Source: Nitrospinales bacterium
Lineage (GTDB): Bacteria > Nitrospinota > Nitrospinia > Nitrospinales > JAJDAT01
Length of the DNA stretch: 12,188 nt
Direction of reading: 5' to 3'
NCBI GenBank assembly: GCA_046757665.1
Contig: JBHHYO010000078.1
Coordinates: 1 to 12,188, forward strand
Part shown: piece by piece, positions 1 through 6,626 of the stretch
Position numbering within the stretch: position 1 is the first letter of the stretch
Layout: every line of letters starts with the position of its first letter
The notes under the pieces: model-generated
Seen by the model: only the letters and a program-made list of their open reading frames with translations
Told to the model about the DNA's origin: nothing
Databases searched by the model: none
Translations under genes and position numbers: made by a program

Positions 1-27
1 TATCATTTATATGATGCCTGAAAAATC

Positions 28-56
28 TTGATCCGAAAAAGAACTTTTGCTATTTT
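28..56 (+). promoter_or_regulatory. Candidate sigma70 promoter with extended -10 for the beta-barrel gene
   Basis: TTGATC (28-33), 17-bp spacer, TG at 48-49, TATTTT (51-56). Predicts a start near 63. Confidence 0.45.
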
Positions 57-97
57 GAACAATCGGGTTGCCTCAGCTTGCAAATTTCATTCATAGG

Positions 98-212
98 CCA
101 AGAAGGAGGCAGGATCGACCAGTCGGGGAAATCTACTCCCTGGGAACTGGAATAGTTTTAAGAGTAAAAGGCAAGCGAGCATTGACTCTAAAAAGGAATG
201 CCCGCTTCTTGG
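98..212 (+). promoter_or_regulatory. Putative structured 5' leader (three-way junction), family not recognised
   Basis: CCAAGAAG 98-105 pairs with CTTCTTGG 205-212, and GGCA 108-111 with TGCC 199-202. Arm 1: CCAGT 119-123/ACTGG 146-150 and GGGGA 125-129/TCCCT 137-141. Arm 2: TTTT-A-AGAGT 156-165/ACTCT-AAAA 185-193. Confidence 0.35.
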
Positions 213-239
213 ATTTCTTTAAAAAGGAGAAAATCAGTT

Positions 240-914
240 ATGAAACCCCTTAAGGTTTTTTTATTAAGTTCTGTTGTTTTAATTGGATCTCTCTTGAGCG
301 CTTCGCAAGCGATGGCTGACTCGGACTGGTATCTAGGGCTGGGAGCGGGGGCAAATTTGGCGTTTGATCAAAGGAGCAACGGACCGAATCGTGTCGTGGA
401 TATTGATTTCGATACCGGTCCCGCGTTTTTTGGATTTGTGGGCTATAAATTCGATGAAATGGGGGTTGGGCGATTTCGCGCTGAGTTAGAAGGCAGTTAT
501 CGTAATAATAATGTAGGGGCAATCACCTTTAACAGCAACCCTTTTAATGATGGCAGAGGAAAGACGGAAATCTGGGCCGGGATGGCGAATGTTTACTTCG
601 ATTGGACGGAATTTTCCCGGGAAATAACGCCTTATTTTGGTGTGGGTCTTGGCGGAGCAACGATCGATCAACGCTCTGCGTATGGCGCCATCGCATCCAT
701 TGCTGATAGCGATGCGGCGCTGGCTTATCAATTTATAGGCGGCTTATCTTATAAAGCGACGTCTAGCATCAACGTCAACTTGGATATACGCTATTTTGCG
801 CTGGACAATCCCGGTTTAGTGCGTTTTGGCGGTCCGGGCTCCCTGGAATTTGTTAAATTAGATTCCGAGTACGATGCGCTAACCGTTGGTATGAGTTTTA
901 GTTACAACTTTTGA
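240..914 (+). CDS. Outer membrane beta-barrel protein (OMP_b-brl / opacity-porin-like, probably 8-stranded), 224 aa
   Basis: ATG 240 follows AAGGAG (224-229). Signal peptide MKPLKVFLLSSVVLIGSLLSASQAMA. Amphipathic strand motifs WYLGLGAG, RAELEGSYR, MANVYFD, PYFGVGLG, AYQFIGG. C-terminal Phe (FSYNF) fits a BAM signal. The ORF-track start at 198 is less likely. Confidence 0.88.
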   Translation: MKPLKVFLLSSVVLIGSLLSASQAMADSDWYLGLGAGANLAFDQRSNGPNRVVDIDFDTGPAFFGFVGYKFDEMGVGRFRAELEGSYRNNNVGAITFNSNPFNDGRGKTEIWAGMANVYFDWTEFSREITPYFGVGLGGATIDQRSAYGAIASIADSDAALAYQFIGGLSYKATSSINVNLDIRYFALDNPGLVRFGGPGSLEFVKLDSEYDALTVGMSFSYNF

Positions 915-1084
915 AGCATTACAAAAATATAACCGATAGAGTGTGCAGGGTCGAGTTGTATTAATTTTTGGTGTGCGGGTTGTGGCGGTTCTGCCAAAAG
1001 GCACCTTTGGGCGATGACGCCGGTGACGGCGAAGAATCTCGGACGATGCAAAGGTTGCCATGCCGCCTTGGCGGGCGCGCCGGC

Positions 1085-2464
1085 TCAGGCTTTCTCGCCG
1101 CTGTTGTATTCGGCGAGTTTGTTTCGCAGGGTGCGTACGCTGATGTTCAGAATCTCGGCGCAACGGGTTTTGTTGTTGCCGACTTCTTCCAGCGTTTTCA
1201 GGATCAACTGTTTCTCCATTTCCCCCAGGGTACTGCCGACGAATTTCCCGGCGTCCGTTGCCGGCTCGATGGCGTCCTCGTCGTCCATGAAAAGGTCGGC
1301 GGGCATGACGGTGTCGCCGCGGCAGAGCAGAACCGCCCGCTCGATGGTGTTTTCCAGTTCGCGCACGTTCCCCGGCCAGGAGTGTTTTTTCAGCAGGGCC
1401 TCGGTTTCCGGAGCGATCCGGGTAATGGTTTTGCGGTTTTCCTTGCCGTATTTTTGCAGAAAAAATCCGGCCAGCAGGGCGATGTCGCTTTTGCGGTTTC
1501 GCAGGGCCGGCAATTTCAGCGGGATGACGTTCAGCCGGTAAAACAGGTCCTCGCGGAACTCGTTGTCCTTGATCTTCTGTTTGATGTCGCGGTTGGTGGT
1601 GGCGATGACGCGGACATCGACGGGGATGGGCTCCCGGCCGCCGACGCGGTCCACCTCGTGTTCCTGGAGCACGCGCAGGAGTTTCGCTTGCAGTTGCGAA
1701 CTCATTTCGGTGATCTCGTCGAGGAGCAGGGTGCCCTGGTTGGCGATTTCAAATTTGCCTTCCTTGCGGCTTGCGGCGCCGGTAAAGGCGCCTTTCTCGT
1801 GGCCGAACAACTCGGTTTCCAGCAGGCCTTCCGGCAGGGCGGCGCAATTCACGGCGACGAACGCCTTGTCGGCACGCGGACTGCATTGGTGAATATAACG
1901 CGCGAACAGTTCCTTGCCGGTGCCGCTTTCTCCGGAAATCAGCACCGTGGATTTGCTGTAAGCGATATTTTCGACGAATTTCAGAAGCTTTTCCATGCCG
2001 GGGTCGCGGGTGGCGATTCTGCGTTCGCCGGCGCTTCGCCTTTGCGTGGCCGGGGCCGGCGGCGCGGCGGCTGTCACCCGGGAGTCCGCGGAACTCAAAA
2101 AGGCGCGCTTGATGGTCGAACCGACGATGTCCGCCGAGAACGGTTTCATCAAATAGTCGAACGCGCCTTCCTTCATGCTCTCCACGGCGCTGTCGATGGT
2201 GCCGTAGGCCGTCATCATCACCACCCGCGTGCGCGGAAACTGCCGCTTGACGGAGCGCAGTAACTCCAGCCCGCCCATCTCCGGCATCCGCATGTCCGTG
2301 AGCACCAAGTCGAAAGGCTCGTTTTCCATGCGGGTCAAGGCGGCCCGCCCGTTCTCCGAGGACGCGGTCTGGTAGCCTTCGCGCTTCAACGTCGCTTCCA
2401 GGGCGATGCGCATCTCGCTCTCATCATCGACGATCAAAATGGTTTTTGTGGTGCCCTGTTTCAT
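1085..2464 (-). CDS. fleR: Sigma54-dependent response regulator (REC-AAA+-Fis HTH), FleR/FlrC/FlgR-like, 459 aa
   Basis: Receiver ILIVDD...LVLTDMRMP; Walker A GESGTGKE; GHEKGAFTGA; Walker B LLLDEI; WPGNVRELEN; HTH ending ISVRTLRNKL. ATG 2464 lies 4 bp after the kinase stop. The ORF-track extension to 2767 overlaps the kinase. The family is secure; the symbol is inferred from the partner kinase. Confidence 0.9.
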   Translation of the reverse strand: MKQGTTKTILIVDDESEMRIALEATLKREGYQTASSENGRAALTRMENEPFDLVLTDMRMPEMGGLELLRSVKRQFPRTRVVMMTAYGTIDSAVESMKEGAFDYLMKPFSADIVGSTIKRAFLSSADSRVTAAAPPAPATQRRSAGERRIATRDPGMEKLLKFVENIAYSKSTVLISGESGTGKELFARYIHQCSPRADKAFVAVNCAALPEGLLETELFGHEKGAFTGAASRKEGKFEIANQGTLLLDEITEMSSQLQAKLLRVLQEHEVDRVGGREPIPVDVRVIATTNRDIKQKIKDNEFREDLFYRLNVIPLKLPALRNRKSDIALLAGFFLQKYGKENRKTITRIAPETEALLKKHSWPGNVRELENTIERAVLLCRGDTVMPADLFMDDEDAIEPATDAGKFVGSTLGEMEKQLILKTLEEVGNNKTRCAEILNISVRTLRNKLAEYNSGEKA

Positions 2465-2468
2465 GGAG

Positions 2469-3722
2469 TCATGTGTCCCAGGCGGGAATGCGGATGATAA
2501 AGGCCGTGCCCCGGCCCTCGCGGCTTTTGGCTTCGATGGTGCCCTGATGGGCCTTGATGATGTTGTGGGCGATGGCCAGGCCGAGCCCCGTGCCCCGGTC
2601 CCGCGTCGTGAAAAACGGATTGAAAATTTTCGCCGCGTGTTCCGGAGCAATGCCCGTGCCCGTGTCGGCCACGGTGATGGTGATGAATCGGCGGCCGTCC
2701 GTCGCGGCCCGGCCTTTGGCCCGCGGCTCAAGGCTTTCTTTCGCGGAGAGGCACAGCTCGCCGCCATCCGGCATTGCCTGCACGGCGTTGCGAATGAGAT
2801 TGAGAAAAACCTGCCGCAGAAGGTCGCCGTCGCCGTTGGCCGGCAGTTGTTCGGCGGCGAATTGGCGCGTGATCGTGATGTTTTCGGGAAAAATGATGTT
2901 CGACGAAAACTCCAGCAACTCGTTCAGCAAACCCGTGATGTCGCATTTTTGCCGGGACGGCGCCGGGGATTTGGCGAACAGAAGAATACTGGAGATGATG
3001 CGCTCCATGTTTTTCACCCCGGAACAGATGTGGTCCACCATGGGTTCTTTTTCGTTGTCGTCCCGCAGGTCTTTTTTCAGGAGGGAGGCGAACAGTTCGA
3101 TACTGCCAAGGGGGTTGCGGATTTCGTGGGCGATGCCGGCGGCCATTTCCCCCATGGCCTTCATGCGCTGGTTGCGTTGCACCTCCTCCTCCAGGCTCTT
3201 GAGTTCCGTGATGTCCTGAAGGATGAGCGCCGTGCCGATGATCGCGCCGCCGTTATCGCGCACCGGCGATGCGGAAATCCGAACGTCCCGCCTTTCCCGG
3301 TCCCGCGGAAAAAACGCGCCTTCCAGCCCTTGCGCCCGGCCCCCGGAACGTAGCGCCGGCGCAATGACGCCCTCAAACAACTCCGCCGGGAAAACCGACC
3401 GCAATTCCTTGCCCAGGCACTGCTTGGGATGGAGCCCCGTGATGATGCCGGCGCTTTTGTTGAAGGTGGTGACCCGCTCCTCGCGGTCGATGACGATCAC
3501 CCCGGAGGGCAGGCTTTCGAGAATGTTGTGCAGATAGTTTTTCGTCTGCTCCAGGTCCAGGGAAAGCGCCTTGACCTGCTCCTGAAGCTTTTCGTGAGAC
3601 CGCTCCAGTTGCCCGGCGCGCTCGTTGAAACACTCGAAGGCCTGGTGAAGCTCCTGCTCCTTTTTTTGTTTTTCGTCCACAAGATTTTCAACCATGCGCC
3701 GTTCCAGGGTGGAAGGGTTCAT
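2469..3722 (-). CDS. fleS: Cytoplasmic PAS-domain sensor histidine kinase, FleS/FlrB-like, 417 aa
   Basis: N-terminal coiled coil LHQAFECFNERAGQLERSHEKLQEQV resembles the FleS/FlrB N-terminus. PAS (ILESLPSGVIVID...FNKSA), H-box AHEIRNPL, N-box NLIRNA, DTGTG, FNPFFTT, GTGLGL. No TM segment. GGGAG precedes ATG 3722; alternative start 3695. Confidence 0.88.
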   Translation of the reverse strand: MNPSTLERRMVENLVDEKQKKEQELHQAFECFNERAGQLERSHEKLQEQVKALSLDLEQTKNYLHNILESLPSGVIVIDREERVTTFNKSAGIITGLHPKQCLGKELRSVFPAELFEGVIAPALRSGGRAQGLEGAFFPRDRERRDVRISASPVRDNGGAIIGTALILQDITELKSLEEEVQRNQRMKAMGEMAAGIAHEIRNPLGSIELFASLLKKDLRDDNEKEPMVDHICSGVKNMERIISSILLFAKSPAPSRQKCDITGLLNELLEFSSNIIFPENITITRQFAAEQLPANGDGDLLRQVFLNLIRNAVQAMPDGGELCLSAKESLEPRAKGRAATDGRRFITITVADTGTGIAPEHAAKIFNPFFTTRDRGTGLGLAIAHNIIKAHQGTIEAKSREGRGTAFIIRIPAWDT

Positions 3723-3770
3723 GTCGAGGCTCCCCGAAGTTCATTACAGGAGACCGTACACTTGTTTGAT

Positions 3771-3877
3771 TGTCATTGCGAGGCGGCTCAGCCGACGAAG
3801 CCATCCAGAAAGGACCCATTCCCGCCGGGCGTGGCCCGGCTGGATCGCCACGCCGCTGGTAGCGGCTCGCGACGACA
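3771..3877. repeat. Palindromic intergenic element of the GTCATTGCGAG...CTCGCAATGAC type (REP/MITE-like)
   Basis: Imperfect terminal IR TGTCATTGCGAG 3771-3782 / CTCGCGACGACA 3866-3877. Inner hairpins CGGC-TCA-GCCG, GCCGGGC-GTG-GCCCGGC and GCCGCT-GGT-AGCGGC, plus an ATCCA/TGGAT stem. Confidence 0.7.
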
Positions 3878-3929
3878 CCGGGGGTAGCGAAGGATCTCGA
3901 ATTATGCAACGCTCTCTTATTATAAGGGA

Positions 3930-6467
3930 TCACAACAGTTCCTTGAATTTTTTTTGCCAGTCCAGCAGTTTGATTCCGGACTCGGCCGCTTGTTTGATCA
4001 GGTCGTCCACCTGGCCGGACTTTGCCAGGTTGTCCAGTTCCGTCCGGGCCTGTTTCGTTTCCTGAAGCTGGTCATGCCCCTCGGCAATCAGGAAACCGGC
4101 CCATTCGCGGAGCGGATGGTTGGGATACAGTTGCCGGGCCCGGTCCAGGGACTCGACGGCCTCGGCGAACCGGCCGCTTTCATAAAGGGCGACGCCGTGC
4201 TTGAAATACGCCTGGGCGACGTATTCCGGCTGGCTTTCGGCGGCGCGGTCGAAGGTCTCAATGACCTGCCGATACGCTTCAATGGCTTCGTTGCGCCGGT
4301 TCAACCGGGAGTGAATCTCGCCCATAAGATAATAAATCTCCGACGGGTCGGCAAGCTTCTCGCGGTTGAGCAGGTCTTCATAAGTCGCAATGGCCTCGTC
4401 AAACCGTTTCTGTCCGGCCAGGGCTTTCGCCAGCAGTTTCGTGGCATCGGGGACCAAGTTGCTGAGGGGAAACCTGTTGAGGAAAACCCGCGCCACCTTT
4501 TCCGCGTCCTCGAATCGCTTTTCCTCCAGGTGAATCCGGCCCAGGTTCAGGATAATCCGGTCCTTGAAAGCTTTCCGCGCGTCCAGCCGGTTGGCCCGTT
4601 CGTATTGGTTGACCGCCTCATGAACCATGCCGATGGCCTGGTAACTTTCGCCGATTTGCAGGATCGTTTTGGCGTTGTTGGCGTCTCCCAGGTTCAGTCC
4701 CAGATAATTGGCGTAAGCGTAGAGAACGGGCAGATACCCCTGTTGTTTGGAAAACTTGTCGATCATGAGAAATAACGTCTGCCGGGCGAATTTTTCACCT
4801 TGCCGGGCCAGCTTTTTTTCGGGATCCATGGCCAGCAGTTTCTTGAATTGCTCCATGGCGTCGATGTACTGTTGTCCACGGAGGAAGGCTCTGCCGCGGC
4901 TGAGGAGACCCTGCGCGGCTATCTCGTCGTCCGCGGCTTCCCGGATAATCTCCTGGTAGGTTTTAAAAGGCTGAAAATAAGGTTCGACATCGAAAATAAT
5001 GTCGTTGACCGGCAAATTGGGATTGCGGACGCCGATGTCGGCAAGCCGGATTCTGGCGTACTGGCGTTCCCGTTTTTCCCCGGATTTCCTTTTGGCCGAT
5101 TCATCAAAAACGGCCAGCGCCGCCCGGTCGTTGCCCTCCGCGAAATAGGTGTCGCCGATCCGGTTCAGGGACTTGAAAGCCCAGGGCGTTTCGGGAGCCA
5201 GGTTGATCAGCTCGAAATAGTGTTTGCGGGCCGCGGTGAAATGGCCTTTTTGAAAATACATTTCGCCCATGAAAAAGTAGATTTCCGGATGATTGTCCAG
5301 ATAGGAAGGCCAGCGTTTGGCGGCACCCTCGTATATTTCCAGCGACCGGGCGAAATTTTCCCGGTCATAATACCATTGGGCAATCTTGAAGATCCCTTTC
5401 TGGGCCTCGGGGTCCTTGGGAGACCGTCTCAAGATACTTTTGAGTGTGCCATATGCTTTCTCGGGCCGGTTTTCCTTCAGCATCAGCAAGGCCAACTGAG
5501 TTTTCCGGAACCGCGCATAGAGGCCTTTCGGAGACGCTTTCAACCCGCTTTCATAGAGCGACTTGGCTTCCAGCGTAAACCCCAGTTCGTTGTAGATGAA
5601 GGCCTGTTTCGCCAGGCCATGATCGTGGAACCTGGAGTCCGGGTACTCCCGCAGGGCGAAATTATAGGCGGCGAGCACTTTTTCGTAGATCGGAAAGGGA
5701 GACCGGAAAGCCATTTTAAATTCGGCCTCGGCTTCCAGATAGGCCAGGTCCGAAAGAAACGCACTCCCCGGATGCTTTTTCCTGAACTCCTGGAACAACT
5801 TCACGGCTTGCGGATAATCCTTTTTTTGATAGACCTTCAATGCCGCCCGGTAGTCGCTCTGCTCGTTTCGGGATCGTTCCTCGGCGTTGCGTTGCACCGC
5901 TTCCCGGATATCGGCGGCGGTGTAGCCGCGGATTTTCACCCTTCGGGGGCGAAGTTTGGCGACCCCGGCTTTCATGATCGGTTTGCCGTCGCCCTTGATG
6001 TCGATGACGATCTGGTAGGGGTCGGCTTTCAATAAATGAAAAAACCGGCTGTTGCGGTTTTTGAGAAACAGGGACACGGTAAGGGTTTGCCCCGCTCCCG
6101 GGGCGAGAGCCACTTTTTCCAGATTGCGGTCCTTAAAAATTCGCGAATGAGCGCGCGGTCCCAGCACGGCGTTTTTCAGGATCAGCGTGACCTTCTTTTC
6201 CTGAAAGTCCGCCTTCACGCCGTAATCGACGGCCTTGTCAAGATTGATCAGAATCCGGGTGTATTCCGGGTGCGGGCCGATCAGGACGCGCTCCACTTGC
6301 GTCGGCCCGGTATCCAGACCGCCAAGGTCCTGGGAGTGGGCAGTGCCCGCCCAGATCAACAGGGTCAAGCCGGCGAAAACGCCCGTTATTTTGCGTATGC
6401 GGTTTTGGGTCATGACAAATTGTCTGCAAACAATTACTTTCATCAACCCTATCCCAGCAATTTTCAT
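3930..6467 (-). CDS. Large exported tetratricopeptide-repeat protein with an N-terminal beta-rich (AMIN-like) domain
   Basis: 845-aa ORF. Signal-peptide-like RIRKITGVFAGLTLLIWAGTAHS-Q; beta-rich segment HPEYTRILINLD; many TPR-like helix pairs (e.g. IYFFMGEMYFQKGHFTAARKHY, AYFKHGVALYESGRFAEAVESL). Start is either ATG 6467 (GGAG upstream) or ATG 6413 (better signal-peptide length). Confidence 0.85.
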   Translation of the reverse strand: MKIAGIGLMKVIVCRQFVMTQNRIRKITGVFAGLTLLIWAGTAHSQDLGGLDTGPTQVERVLIGPHPEYTRILINLDKAVDYGVKADFQEKKVTLILKNAVLGPRAHSRIFKDRNLEKVALAPGAGQTLTVSLFLKNRNSRFFHLLKADPYQIVIDIKGDGKPIMKAGVAKLRPRRVKIRGYTAADIREAVQRNAEERSRNEQSDYRAALKVYQKKDYPQAVKLFQEFRKKHPGSAFLSDLAYLEAEAEFKMAFRSPFPIYEKVLAAYNFALREYPDSRFHDHGLAKQAFIYNELGFTLEAKSLYESGLKASPKGLYARFRKTQLALLMLKENRPEKAYGTLKSILRRSPKDPEAQKGIFKIAQWYYDRENFARSLEIYEGAAKRWPSYLDNHPEIYFFMGEMYFQKGHFTAARKHYFELINLAPETPWAFKSLNRIGDTYFAEGNDRAALAVFDESAKRKSGEKRERQYARIRLADIGVRNPNLPVNDIIFDVEPYFQPFKTYQEIIREAADDEIAAQGLLSRGRAFLRGQQYIDAMEQFKKLLAMDPEKKLARQGEKFARQTLFLMIDKFSKQQGYLPVLYAYANYLGLNLGDANNAKTILQIGESYQAIGMVHEAVNQYERANRLDARKAFKDRIILNLGRIHLEEKRFEDAEKVARVFLNRFPLSNLVPDATKLLAKALAGQKRFDEAIATYEDLLNREKLADPSEIYYLMGEIHSRLNRRNEAIEAYRQVIETFDRAAESQPEYVAQAYFKHGVALYESGRFAEAVESLDRARQLYPNHPLREWAGFLIAEGHDQLQETKQARTELDNLAKSGQVDDLIKQAAESGIKLLDWQKKFKELL

Positions 6468-6546
6468 ACCACTCCATTGTCAGCCACCCGGCGGGCGGCC
6501 GCCAACCGAGGGTTTTGTCAAGCCAGGCCTTTGTTTACCATAGGAT

Positions 6547-6562
6547 AGCAAAGCTTGCTCCG
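6547..6562 (-). promoter_or_regulatory. Candidate sigma54 -24/-12 promoter
   Basis: Minus strand CGGAGCAAGCTTTGCT: GG-N10-GC with a TTGCT -12 element. The -24 element deviates from TGGCAC. Confidence 0.4.
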
Positions 6563-6603
6563 GCCGGGAAGGGCCGTCTCCAGCCAACCGCTTTTCGCTT
6601 CTC

Positions 6604-6617
6604 GTCAAATTTTTGAC
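6604..6617. promoter_or_regulatory. Palindromic operator/enhancer resembling a FleQ/FlrA box
   Basis: GTCAA-ATTT-TTGAC, a 14-bp dyad with the GTCA-N6-TGAC shape known for FleQ sites, in the intergenic gap upstream of the TPR-kinase-regulator genes. Confidence 0.5.
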
Positions 6618-6626
6618 CCAAATAAA

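Noticed and set aside
2-15. ATCAT-N4-ATGAT dyad upstream of the OMP promoter
   Set aside because: 5-bp arms in AT-rich DNA at the window edge could arise by chance.
68-253. 61-aa ORF in the OMP leader
   Set aside because: TTG start about 5 nt from the predicted TSS with no RBS, and no informative composition. Leaderless translation cannot be fully excluded.
941-983. Imperfect direct repeat GTGTGC(A)GGGT near the composition boundary
   Set aside because: Short, gapped and only 30 bp apart; insufficient as an att site or target duplication.
1047-1060. TGGCAACCTTTGCA (minus strand) as a sigma54 promoter
   Set aside because: GG-to-GC spacing is 8 nt, not the required 10.
2465-2767. N-terminal extension of the response regulator in the ORF track
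   Set aside because: Overlaps the kinase 3' end in another frame; the receiver domain starts at ATG 2464.
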